DNA of 64,000 bases, taken from assembly GCA_965205015.1 (NCBI GenBank), contig OZ242029.1, positions 2,496,001-2,560,000 of the forward strand. The letters run 5' to 3'. A model generated the notes under the pieces. That model was not told the DNA's origin, did no database searches, and saw nothing but the letters and a program-made list of their open reading frames with translations. Shown here one piece after another: positions 18,635-28,300 of this stretch. Numbering within the stretch: the first letter of the stretch is position 1; every line of letters starts with the position of its first letter. Origin of the DNA: Candidatus Poribacteria bacterium. GTDB lineage: Bacteria; Poribacteria; WGA-4E; WGA-3G. The translations under genes were made by a program, and so were the position numbers.

Positions 18635-19387
18635 ATGGGTATCACCGCGGCAGAAAAGAAGCAATTGGACGAACAGGGATGCATTGTTATCCCAGATGTG
18701 CTTTCCGACGAAGAAATTAAGGTCTACAGAGCCGATATACTCCGGTTAGCGGAGGCGGAAAAACAGAACGGGTTGGCACGCCAACATACCGATGGGTATG
18801 GTCAGCACGTCCGTTGGTTGGTAAACAAGGGCCAGATGTACGAGCAGCTCGTCGCTCGTCCGAAGGTGATGCCCTATTTTGAACACCTGCTCGGTCCCGA
18901 TTATACACTCAGCACCCTCACTTCTAACATTATCGATCCGGGCGCGCCGGATGGTGGCTACCACGTTGACAGTGTACTTGGCTCGATGCCGGAGCCGCTC
19001 CCGAGTTTCCCACTGGTCGCCAACAGTCTCTGGTTGCTCGACGATTTCACGCCGGAGAACGGTGGCACGCGTCATGTGCCGGGTATCCATCTGCAGCGAA
19101 TCAAGCCGCCTCCGGGGACCACCCACCATCCCGATGAAGTTCGGCTCTCCGCACCGAAAGGTTCCGTGTTCCTTTTCAACGGTGCGATCTGGCATTCCGC
19201 GGGTGCCAATGAAACCGATCGGCAGCGCATTGCGTTAATCTGTTTCTGCTGTCGTTCCTTTGTCAAACCGATGTTCGACTTCGTGCATCATCTCAATCCG
19301 GAGGTCGTCGAACGTGCAACCCCGACTATGCGCCGCATCTACGGGTTCGATTCCCAACCCCAACCTCCAGATCAACCTACTCGATAA
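18635..19387 (+). CDS. PhyH-family dioxygenase
   Basis: LDEQGCIVI, YHVD (HxD), WLLDDFTPENGGT, IWHSAGAN. Confidence 0.9.
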   Translation: MGITAAEKKQLDEQGCIVIPDVLSDEEIKVYRADILRLAEAEKQNGLARQHTDGYGQHVRWLVNKGQMYEQLVARPKVMPYFEHLLGPDYTLSTLTSNIIDPGAPDGGYHVDSVLGSMPEPLPSFPLVANSLWLLDDFTPENGGTRHVPGIHLQRIKPPPGTTHHPDEVRLSAPKGSVFLFNGAIWHSAGANETDRQRIALICFCCRSFVKPMFDFVHHLNPEVVERATPTMRRIYGFDSQPQPPDQPTR

Positions 19388-19413
19388 TCGCATTTCACTG
19401 ACGAAAACTTTAG

Positions 19414-19436
19414 AAGCCCCCGCACGGGGGTTTTTT
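19414..19436 (+). terminator. Rho-independent terminator
   Basis: CCCCCG-CA-CGGGGG stem followed by TTTTTT. Confidence 0.75.
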
Positions 19437-19574
19437 CTTCTCCTGCTAACAAAAGCTGTAACGTTAATCTCAAATTTCACGTTACAATTTAAAGCGGAAG
19501 CTTTAACACTCTCCGATTTTTATCCGAAAACCCATCAATCGCTTTCAGTCAAGAACAGGAGGAGGTCCCGTACT

Positions 19575-20003
19575 ATGACGATGATAACCGTTTATTGGCA
19601 AAGATGTATCAAGAACTCTCTCTGGTGCCCATTCAATGAAAAACTCTTAAACGATGGTCGTCTTGAATCACGCCTCGGTGACTATAGTGCGGGTATCAGT
19701 GGTGTCTATATCATCTGGGCAGGAACGGACAACAATCGCACAGTGCTTAAAGTCGGAAGCGGAATTATCAAAGATAAATTAGCGGCACACCTCAAAGACC
19801 CTGAAATCCGAGCCTATAAACCTGCACGATTGTATGTTACGTGGGCTTCCACCTTATCTGTAATTGGACCAGAGAAGATACAAAAAGGCATAGAGAAGTT
19901 CCTTGAAATCGTATTTAAGCCGAAGTTGGCTGAAAATTTACCTGATGTCGATTTTGTAATCATCAATCTACCTCGATGGCATAAATCGGTGCCGCCGCTT
20001 TGA
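19575..20003 (+). CDS. Small protein with GIY-YIG-like motif
   Basis: AGGAGGAGG RBS; SGVYIIW...VLKVGSG..KDKLAAH...LYVTW...IEKFL. Confidence 0.55.
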   Translation: MTMITVYWQRCIKNSLWCPFNEKLLNDGRLESRLGDYSAGISGVYIIWAGTDNNRTVLKVGSGIIKDKLAAHLKDPEIRAYKPARLYVTWASTLSVIGPEKIQKGIEKFLEIVFKPKLAENLPDVDFVIINLPRWHKSVPPL

Positions 20004-20248
20004 AAAGCAGAGGTAAAAATAGAGTCCATATCACTTGCCGAATGTCAGCCACGCGAAATGCCACCACGATATAGACGTTCCCAGCCTCGTCTAAGTAGGT
20101 ACCTTCCCAATGACGATTGGAGTCCGCAATTTGTAATCCCACCACATCAGCCAGTTCCGCTGTCGTACCACTGTAGGAGCGAGTTGGAAACCTCGTTAGC
20201 AAAACCTACGGGACGTGGGTCCTCTTGGAAAAAATTGCGGAAGTCTTC

Positions 20249-20536
20249 AAAATTTCACAGTAAGCATTTGAGAAACAGTCTTTGTAACCCTTTCAAAACA
20301 TAGGTGTGGTATAGGGTGAGAGCCGTTTGGAGGACATTGCATTTTTTGGCGTTTACTGTGAAATTTTAGAATTAGAGGTTTGCTCTGATCCCTTGTAAAC
20401 GTAGTCGTGGTGTGGGTTTATCAGCATTTTGTAAAATGTGTGCTTTTTGGGTTTACTGTGAAAAGATTATATTGTTTAATTTGATATAACATCTTGATAA
20501 ATTAGCACGTTAAAATGTTACACCCGTGTAACATTT
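20249..20536. repeat. Inverted/direct repeat cluster and perfect palindrome
   Basis: AAAATTTCACAGTAA (20249-63) / TTACTGTGAAATTTT (20353-67); GTTTACTGTGAAA again 100 bp later; AAATGTTACAC-CC-GTGTAACATTT (20513-36). Confidence 0.8.
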
Positions 20537-20907
20537 GGTAGGTAACGGCTATCTGACCGAAACCCAGTGGCTGTAAGGGTTTATAGACCTCTCTCCTCAT
20601 CTCTCCGTTGTGGAAAAGAATAATACTGAATAGCCCTGTGTTTTTGATTGCCTGCATTAGGGTTGACATGTTATACTGATACTATATCCACACTGTTTTT
20701 TCTGAAAAAAATGACCTAATCCTAATATAACCCAAGTTGCTACTAACGGGTTTTGCATGTTTGAGGAACCCTTTTCAGCACCTTTTTTCACCCCAGAGGG
20801 GTGGTATGTCTATAGAAAATCGTGTGTTCAACCTCTTGCACTCCAGCGGAGTGCTATGTTCATAAGTAGATGGCAACTTAGGTTAATATATATTTACAGA
20901 AAATATC

Positions 20908-23877
20908 ATGCCGAATCAACGCGAAACAACAATCACGAATGAACTGGTGAACATCCTACGAAACATGCGCCACGGATGGGAGATTGAGACGGAAGTCAAT
21001 GCCTTCATCCGAGGCAACAGCGAACTGGATGCCCTTGTGATTGAGCGCGGACGTGAACCTATCGGCATAGAAGCTAAATTCGCTACCACCACCAATGCCA
21101 AAAACCTCATCAAACAAGCCGAAACACGGTTCGTCTATGAACTTGAAGCAGAATACCATACTTCTCGGAAAACCCTGAACAACGTCATGGCGGTTCTATA
21201 TCCTGATCGTTTTAAAGCGATGCCAGGACGGGACATCAATCCGCAACTTCGCGCAGCAGACGACTTGCAGTACAAACTCATCAGTACCCTCGGGGATATC
21301 ATCGGGCATTTCCCAAAGAACGGATGGGCAACTGGCACCGTGGGAGACATTGCGAATGCGTTACAAGTCGGTGCAATGCCTAATTCCCAACTGGAACAGG
21401 CTGCAGAAGAGATGGAACTGAGTATTGACAGCGCAGCCCATCTACTTGCGGATGCAATCGTTGATCACCGTGCTATCGGCACGAAAATTGAAACGATTCT
21501 TCACCAAGAGGTTTTTTCTAAAGACAAAGACGACGAGGAAGAAAAACTCAACATACAAACCCTCCGTATGGCAGCGCTAATTATCACCGATGCCTTTGTC
21601 TTCCAGAGTTCGCTCGCTGGCAAAGCAAAGATGAAATCCGTTCGTTCCCTCCACCAACTTCTGCCTACGGTTGACTATGCTGATGTTATCGCCGATTGGA
21701 ACACTATCCTCAAAGTCAATTACCGTCCGATCTTTGAGGATGCTCGCGATCTCGTTGAGGCACTCGCTACCGATGACAAGTTAGTTAAACCTATCTTAAC
21801 TCTCCTCTGTGAAGCAGCCAAAGACCTCGTTGATACGGGTATCGCGCAGATTCACGAACTCTCAGGCATCGTTTTCCAAAAACTCATCACCGATAGGAAA
21901 TACGTTAAAGCAAATTACACACTCCCCGAAAGTGCGGTGCTGCTGTCAACACTTGTGCTGCCGAAATTGCCCGAAGGCAAACTGCCGAAAGTGGCAGATT
22001 TCGCGTGTGGGACAGGTGCGCTCCTCAACGGTGTTTACCAACGCATCTTATCTCTATACGAACAGCAAGGTGAAAACGGCAGAGATATCCATCAGAAGAT
22101 GCTTGAAGAAAACATCGGTGGTGCAGACATTATGCCCAATGCAACACACCTCACGGCGGCTGCACTCGCCAGTACCTATGCAGAGTTGAAGATTCGTGGA
22201 ACCAGGATTATTACGGCTCCCTACGGGAGACAGGATAACGGGACTTATGCTATAGGTGCACTCGATTGGCTTGATAACACCCTCGTCTTCAAAGAAATGG
22301 ATACTCAAGCACAACAACTCGGTGGAACAGAGGATGTAACGGTAGAAACACAACATGTGTTCAAACGTGGCGAATTTGATATTGTCGTTCAGAACCCTCC
22401 CTTTACAAAACCGGGCACAGATCAAGGTAGTGACGTACCAAAGACAACATTCCAAGGTAGTGACCGTCCAGAAGAAGATAAGAAAGCGATGCAAGCTGCG
22501 CTGCGAAATAAAGACTCCCGTGTAGCACATGGATTGAGCGGCCTTGTTTCTTACTTTGTCGACCTCGCTGATCGCATGATTAAACACGATGGGATCATGG
22601 GTTTTATCATGCCAGCGACAATTCTAACGTCATCCACCATGCAAAAAGTACGTGACATGCTGGCCACGGAATACCACGGAATCGTGGTGGTTACTATTGC
22701 CGAAGCAAAGACAGAAAATGCAGCATTTTCCGCGGATACTAACATGGCGGAGTGCATTGTGGTAGCCAAGAAAGGGGTGAATGCCGATACAGGACGAGGG
22801 AAATTTGTATGTCTAAACCAACGACCACGGAGTGTCTTAGAAGCGGTGGAAATTGCAAACTATATTAACCAAAACAGCAGCGCGCGACGATTAGAAGATA
22901 CCCCTAATGGTGGCGATATAATCAGAATCGGTGATGACATCGCTGGACAAATGCTAAACTGTCCGCTCTTGCTTGGTGAAGGTTGGGGAGTGTCCCGTGT
23001 ACAATCGATGTCATTGATTCAGTCTGCTTATAGTATACAAAAAGGTATCCTACATCTACCTATGCAAACAACTAATGTTAATGTTCCTATGTGCCGTGTA
23101 GAGGACATAGCACAGGTTGGATGGCATCCGGAAAGTATCTACGGAAGGGATGGTCCCTTTGATATGATTAAAGGAGATGCCAACGGTGATGGGTATCCTT
23201 GTCTGTGGAGTTTGAACAGTGAAACTCAGCGATCAATGCTTGTCAACCCTGATTCGAGGGGAATTCCGCGCAGAAATACAGAGGGTATTCTTTCAAAAAT
23301 CCTTACAAAGAACAGCAGAGCTCACTACAATCTCTACTTACGATTCAATGCTAACTCAACCCTCATCCTCTTAACAGAAAACCCTTCGGTTGGGGTTAAC
23401 AGGTTACCCAACGTGGCATTCGAGGATCCACGGCACGAAATTGCTTTTGCTCTCTGGTGTAACTCAACATTGGGACTGATGTGTCACTGGATACATAGTG
23501 GGAAGCAACAGTCGGGGCGCGGTATTCTAACACTCAATACGTTAGCAACAACGCCGATACTGGATGTCCGAGCACTTTCTGAAACAGCGTTAGCCAACGC
23601 TGAATCGGTCTTTGAACAGTTAAAGTACAAACGCATGCTGCCATTCAACGAATGCGCTCACGACCCTGTCCGACACGAATTGGATACAGGTTTGTTAACG
23701 GAGGTGCTTGGCATCAAGGATCTCGGTGTCCTCACAGCGATGCAGACTTTGCGCGAGATGCTCTGCGCTGAACCGAGCATTCACGGTGGGAAAAAATCTA
23801 AGTGTGATCTTGACGCGGAGTTGGCGAAGCTTAAGTTGAAGGGTATTCCGTTTCCGAATTGGTATAATGATAATTAA
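20908..23877 (+). CDS. Type IIG-like fused restriction endonuclease / N6-adenine methyltransferase
   Basis: N-terminal PD-(D/E)xK-like LDALVI...IEAK; motif I DFACGTGALL; motif IV QNPPF; GFIMP; long C-terminal TRD-like region. Confidence 0.85.
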   Translation: MPNQRETTITNELVNILRNMRHGWEIETEVNAFIRGNSELDALVIERGREPIGIEAKFATTTNAKNLIKQAETRFVYELEAEYHTSRKTLNNVMAVLYPDRFKAMPGRDINPQLRAADDLQYKLISTLGDIIGHFPKNGWATGTVGDIANALQVGAMPNSQLEQAAEEMELSIDSAAHLLADAIVDHRAIGTKIETILHQEVFSKDKDDEEEKLNIQTLRMAALIITDAFVFQSSLAGKAKMKSVRSLHQLLPTVDYADVIADWNTILKVNYRPIFEDARDLVEALATDDKLVKPILTLLCEAAKDLVDTGIAQIHELSGIVFQKLITDRKYVKANYTLPESAVLLSTLVLPKLPEGKLPKVADFACGTGALLNGVYQRILSLYEQQGENGRDIHQKMLEENIGGADIMPNATHLTAAALASTYAELKIRGTRIITAPYGRQDNGTYAIGALDWLDNTLVFKEMDTQAQQLGGTEDVTVETQHVFKRGEFDIVVQNPPFTKPGTDQGSDVPKTTFQGSDRPEEDKKAMQAALRNKDSRVAHGLSGLVSYFVDLADRMIKHDGIMGFIMPATILTSSTMQKVRDMLATEYHGIVVVTIAEAKTENAAFSADTNMAECIVVAKKGVNADTGRGKFVCLNQRPRSVLEAVEIANYINQNSSARRLEDTPNGGDIIRIGDDIAGQMLNCPLLLGEGWGVSRVQSMSLIQSAYSIQKGILHLPMQTTNVNVPMCRVEDIAQVGWHPESIYGRDGPFDMIKGDANGDGYPCLWSLNSETQRSMLVNPDSRGIPRRNTEGILSKILTKNSRAHYNLYLRFNANSTLILLTENPSVGVNRLPNVAFEDPRHEIAFALWCNSTLGLMCHWIHSGKQQSGRGILTLNTLATTPILDVRALSETALANAESVFEQLKYKRMLPFNECAHDPVRHELDTGLLTEVLGIKDLGVLTAMQTLREMLCAEPSIHGGKKSKCDLDAELAKLKLKGIPFPNWYNDN

Positions 23878-24008
23878 GTTCGGGAACTCCCCCTCGGAAA
23901 TTCAGACAGGACAAAGCGAAATGCCTCTGTAACATCATATTTTGATTAGCATATTGACAAGACAAGGATTCCCAATTCAAACTAGGCAAAGGAAAGAAAG
24001 ATAAGTTA

Positions 24009-25589
24009 ATGAGAGTAAAAACTGTAGAATTGATAGGGTTCAAGCGATTCGATCATTTAACTATAGATCTTGGCCCTATCCCCAAAAAGATTGTCGCTAT
24101 GGTTGGTCCGAATGGTTGTGGAAAGAGCTCAGTATTTGACGCTTTTGAATACCAATTGCAGCATTTTCAAAATCACGGAACTGAAGAAGCACATTTTTAT
24201 TTAAGATCGCGTTTTCATGATGATAATCCCCAAAATAAACAGTACCAGATAGAAAAAGTAGACGTAACTTTCGATTCGGGATCACTGAATGAAAAAAGTT
24301 TTTACATTAGAACGCCGTACCGCTTTACTTCTGGCCTCACTATAAATTGGACACAACCCTTTCCTGAGATACTGAGTCGACAAGATAGTCCACCCCGTAG
24401 CACAAATGCTTTAGATCAGCGCCTTGGATTAAACTACACAAAGTTGGTGGCATCTTCAGAGAAAGAGGCCTCTGGAGGGCCAAAGACCGGAAAGCAAATC
24501 CGTACTGAATACATTGACAAGATTAACAATATTCTATCCAATATGATGCTTGATGTGCAAATATCAGATTTAGGCGATCCGTGGGAGGAAAAAACTGGAA
24601 TGTATTGTAAGAAGGGTAACACAATTGACTTTCCGTTTGCCAACCTATCGTCTGGGGAAAAGGAAGTAATTAACATAATTATTGATCTCATCCTCAAATC
24701 AGAAGAGTATACAACAACAGTCTATTGTATTGATGAACCAGAGTTACATTTAAATACAACTATACAGCGGAGGCTTCTCATTGAGATTAATAACCTAATT
24801 CCAGCTAATTGTCAACTTTGGATTGCAACCCATAGCCTCGGATTTATGCGTGCGTTGCAAAATGAACTAAAAGAAGATGCTCAAATCTTAGATTTCTCAG
24901 AGAAGGATTTTATAGGCAGGCATACAATTGAGCCAATGAAACTGAATCGTCAAAACTGGATGAGAATCTTTGAGACTGCCCTTGACGACTTGATAGATTT
25001 GGTAGGTCCGAGTCGAATAGTTTACTGTGAGGGTAGGGCAAAGCCAGGTCCAAACAGAATGGAGAAAGGTTTAGACGCACAAATCTATGAACAGATATTT
25101 TCCATTGCCTTTCCCAACACGGTTTTTGTCTCAAGTGGTGGAAATACTGAACTTGACCAACGAAGTGATATTGCAATAGATATTCTTGGTAAGGTATTCA
25201 ATGAGATAGAGATATGGGTACTCAAAGATCGCGACATGGCATCGGGGAAACCAATCAATGAGTCAGATCGTCAGGAGTACTTAAGCAATAATCCATCTCA
25301 TCATCGTGTTCTCAAGCGTTTTGAATTAGAAAATTACCTTTTTGACAAAGAGGTTCTGTCTAAATACTGTCAATTTAAAGGTCTAACGTTCAGTGAGGTA
25401 GACTATGATAACTTTGTGACGAACATCAACAATCAAAATGTCAAAGACGATATTAATCGAATAAAAAACTTTTGTGGGATCAACACAAGCATCAATGCAG
25501 ACACGTTCAAACTGAATCTCTCAGAATTCATCACGGAGGAAACCGAAGTCTACAAAGAGTTGCGAGAATGTATTTTCTATCGAGCGTAA
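24009..25589 (+). CDS. ABC-type ATPase fused to TOPRIM-like domain (OLD/PARIS-like nuclease)
   Basis: Walker A GPNGCGKSS, LSSGEK, IDEPELHL, ATHS; C-terminal YCEG, SSGG, KDRD, ELENYL. Confidence 0.82.
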   Translation: MRVKTVELIGFKRFDHLTIDLGPIPKKIVAMVGPNGCGKSSVFDAFEYQLQHFQNHGTEEAHFYLRSRFHDDNPQNKQYQIEKVDVTFDSGSLNEKSFYIRTPYRFTSGLTINWTQPFPEILSRQDSPPRSTNALDQRLGLNYTKLVASSEKEASGGPKTGKQIRTEYIDKINNILSNMMLDVQISDLGDPWEEKTGMYCKKGNTIDFPFANLSSGEKEVINIIIDLILKSEEYTTTVYCIDEPELHLNTTIQRRLLIEINNLIPANCQLWIATHSLGFMRALQNELKEDAQILDFSEKDFIGRHTIEPMKLNRQNWMRIFETALDDLIDLVGPSRIVYCEGRAKPGPNRMEKGLDAQIYEQIFSIAFPNTVFVSSGGNTELDQRSDIAIDILGKVFNEIEIWVLKDRDMASGKPINESDRQEYLSNNPSHHRVLKRFELENYLFDKEVLSKYCQFKGLTFSEVDYDNFVTNINNQNVKDDINRIKNFCGINTSINADTFKLNLSEFITEETEVYKELRECIFYRA

Positions 25590-25620
25590 ATAATCGGAAA
25601 GACAATGTGGTTATAGATTC

Positions 25621-25645
25621 GGTGCGGTTAGGAAACCGCACCTAC
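25621..25645. repeat. REP-like hairpin
   Basis: GGTGCGGTTAGGAAACCGCACCTAC; its reverse complement shares the GGTTTCCTAACC core with 12363. Confidence 0.7.
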
Positions 25646-25834
25646 CGGGTCTGCGGTAAGCCTCTTTTTCAATAGCACATGTCGCCCTACGGGACTAAAG
25701 CATGAAGAATTAAATGCACCAACTTGATATTCTTGCTTCAAGCATGTTATAATTTTAGACAATTGGTTTATTTCAAGCTGCAAGCACCTCGAAACCAATC
25801 CTTTTCAAATCCAACTCTTAACGGAGATATTGAC

Positions 25835-26170
25835 ATGCAAATTGAAGATTACTTCAACTTTTTGGCAGAAAATGACATTCGTATTAAGGGAACACGTATA
25901 GGTATTGAAACTGTTCTGGGCGAGTATATTCACGACGGCAAAACAGTAGAGGCAATTGCTGATCGTTACCATACGGTCACACTGGAACAGGTCTACGCTA
26001 CGATCCTATATTATCTGCAAAACCAAGAAAAAGTTGGCGCATATTTGGAAAATTATCTGGAATATTGCCGAACGGCGCGGGAGGAATACGAGAAAAATCC
26101 GCCCCCTGGTGTTATTCGCCTACGTGAACTTATCGCAGAAAGGAAAACTGTTTCTGATAATTCAACCTAA
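25835..26170 (+). CDS. DUF433 antitoxin-like protein
   Basis: IRIKGTRIGIETVL...VTLEQVYATILYY; GGAG RBS before ATG 25835. Confidence 0.85.
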   Translation: MQIEDYFNFLAENDIRIKGTRIGIETVLGEYIHDGKTVEAIADRYHTVTLEQVYATILYYLQNQEKVGAYLENYLEYCRTAREEYEKNPPPGVIRLRELIAERKTVSDNST

Positions 26171-26272
26171 AAATGTCTTGATATCTCAACAGACTTATGG
26201 CATAATTGTTAGAGGTTGATCAATTTCACATTGTGAAAACCGGTCCGAAATTCAGCACAATCGTAGGAGATC

Positions 26273-26896
26273 ATGAGATCAGCTCGCTATACCGATAATG
26301 TTTTCATCAATTGCCCATTTGATTTAATGTATAAGCCATTGTTTGATGCGATGGTGTTTACTGTCCACGATTGCGGTTTCATTGCCCGGTGCGCACTTGA
26401 GGAAGAAGACGCAAGTCAGGTCCGCATTGATAAAATTTACAACATCATTGCGGATTGTCGTTATGGAATTCACGATATATCCAGAACGGAATTAGACGAG
26501 AATTCGGGGTTTCCTCGATTTAACATGCCTCTGGAGCTGGGTATTTTCCTTGGGGCAAAGAAGTTCGGAGTAGCGGATCAGAAAACGAAAAAATGTCTCG
26601 TCTTGGATAAAGAGCCGTATCGGTATCAGCAATTTATCTCGGATATCGCAGGACAAGATATTCAGGCACATAACAACGATGTTGAAATGATTGTGAGAGG
26701 CGTTCGGAACTGGCTCCGCACCGCATCAGGACGGCAGACGATTCCTGGCGGAAACATCATTTGGGAACGTTACCAGACCTTTCTGAGAGATCTGCCTCAA
26801 ACGGCTGAGGAGTATCAATTAGAAGCTGAAGAAATGATTTTCCATGATTACATTTTTGTAATAGGAAAATGGTTAGTAGCTGCAAGAGGGCATTGA
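26273..26896 (+). CDS. Nucleoside 2-deoxyribosyltransferase/TIR-like fold protein
   Basis: VFINCPFD, RIDKIYNIIADCRYGIHDIS, FNMPLELG (N-x-x-x-ELG), SDIAGQDI. Confidence 0.7.
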   Translation: MRSARYTDNVFINCPFDLMYKPLFDAMVFTVHDCGFIARCALEEEDASQVRIDKIYNIIADCRYGIHDISRTELDENSGFPRFNMPLELGIFLGAKKFGVADQKTKKCLVLDKEPYRYQQFISDIAGQDIQAHNNDVEMIVRGVRNWLRTASGRQTIPGGNIIWERYQTFLRDLPQTAEEYQLEAEEMIFHDYIFVIGKWLVAARGH

Positions 26897-26925
26897 TTGA
26901 AGCATAGCTCAAGGAAGTAATCCAC

Positions 26926-28170
26926 ATGGCAAGAGAAAGAACCGTCAAATTCCCCCCCCGCAAACGAGGCGGAAAACTTACAGTCCGTCAGGTTGAACGC
27001 GCAGTGAAAAAGGTCATTCGTGAGCGGCTTGAGTGGGAAGCCTCAGAATCCTATCAGCGTATCTATTCTACGCAATCTACGCTACTACTTGAGGCCATAG
27101 CTGAAACATTGGATATATCTGAAACCCACTATGAATCCGCGGTAAAACGTTACAAAGGGATCCGTGCGTGGTTAGAACGAGATGAATCCAGCGTTGCCCG
27201 TTATAATCCTGAAATTTATCCTCAAGGTTCTTTTGCACTCGGCACGGTTACGAAACCTCTTTCTGATGCCGAAGTGTACGACATAGACTTTGTTTGTGAG
27301 TTGAAACTTCAGAAAACAGAGATCAGTCAAAAGCAACTCGACAAGTTAGTGGGACAAGAAATCAAATCCTATGCACGTACTAATGACATAAATTCTCAAC
27401 CTGAAGAAAGTCGGTATCTTTGGACGCTGAATTATGTCGATGGTGCTCAGTTTCATGTAAATATCTTACCAGCTATTCCGGACGCAGAGTCTTTCAAAGA
27501 ATTTATTGCGTCAAAGGGTTCCGTGCCGTCTGATTGGTCAGATTCCGCGATTGCAATTACAGACAATACGCTTCCCAATTATTGCCGAATTGATGCCGAC
27601 TGGCCACGCAGTAATCCAAAGGGGTACGCAGAATGGTTCCGAAGTCGTATGGACAATGTGCCTGAGTATAAAGTGAAAACCCCACTTCAGCAATCGATCC
27701 AGATATTAAAACGGCACCGCGATATCTGGTTTGATGAAAATCAATCTGCTTACGAGGAAAAGGCGAAACCGATCTCTATCATCATTACAACACTTGCAGC
27801 CCGTGCTTATGATAATCAAGCCGATCTGCAGCAAGCACTAATGAAAATTGTGACGGGAATGCAGGGGCATATTGCGGCTTACAAGACAGGTGTAGTTGTC
27901 CTACCCAATCCGGTAAACTCGCTTGAGAATCTTGCCGAGGAGTGGCAGGAGTATCCCATCCGAAGAGTCTGCTTTGAGGACTGGCTTAAACAGATATACT
28001 CGGACCTGACACAAGCGTTAGCACTAAGTGATATTCAGAGCGTAGCGGAATCGCTCAAACTTTGCTTGGGTGAGCGTGTTATCAGCGATGCATTACGGAA
28101 CGCCTTAGCATCAACAGGAGTCTCAGAAAACCCTATGCACGGTAACTTGAGCCATGAGATTAACCGATAA
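26926..28170 (+). CDS. cGAS/DncV-like nucleotidyltransferase (CD-NTase), atypical
   Basis: LDIS..Y, YPQGSFALGT, YDIDFV, SNPKGYAEWF, TPLQQSIQILKRHRD, PISIIITTLAA, NPVN..EN. Confidence 0.85.
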   Translation: MARERTVKFPPRKRGGKLTVRQVERAVKKVIRERLEWEASESYQRIYSTQSTLLLEAIAETLDISETHYESAVKRYKGIRAWLERDESSVARYNPEIYPQGSFALGTVTKPLSDAEVYDIDFVCELKLQKTEISQKQLDKLVGQEIKSYARTNDINSQPEESRYLWTLNYVDGAQFHVNILPAIPDAESFKEFIASKGSVPSDWSDSAIAITDNTLPNYCRIDADWPRSNPKGYAEWFRSRMDNVPEYKVKTPLQQSIQILKRHRDIWFDENQSAYEEKAKPISIIITTLAARAYDNQADLQQALMKIVTGMQGHIAAYKTGVVVLPNPVNSLENLAEEWQEYPIRRVCFEDWLKQIYSDLTQALALSDIQSVAESLKLCLGERVISDALRNALASTGVSENPMHGNLSHEINR

Positions 28171-28300
28171 CTAAACTAAACGGCTATATCTTACCCCAGA
28201 ACTTATAGTATACGGTGCGGGTCAAATGCCTGAAAGAATCGCACATCAGATTGGTTGGGACTGAGGTAGAATAGCGCAGAAACAGACGAGACTTTTCGGA

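Noticed and set aside
19963-20202. 79-aa minus-strand ORF
   Set aside because: It begins inside a REP-like hairpin (20173-20209), overlaps the upstream gene end and has no recognisable motif; at most a gene fragment.
20908-28170. Integron cassette array
   Set aside because: Genes are co-oriented, but no integrase or convincing attC (RYYYAAC...GTTRRRY) sites were found.
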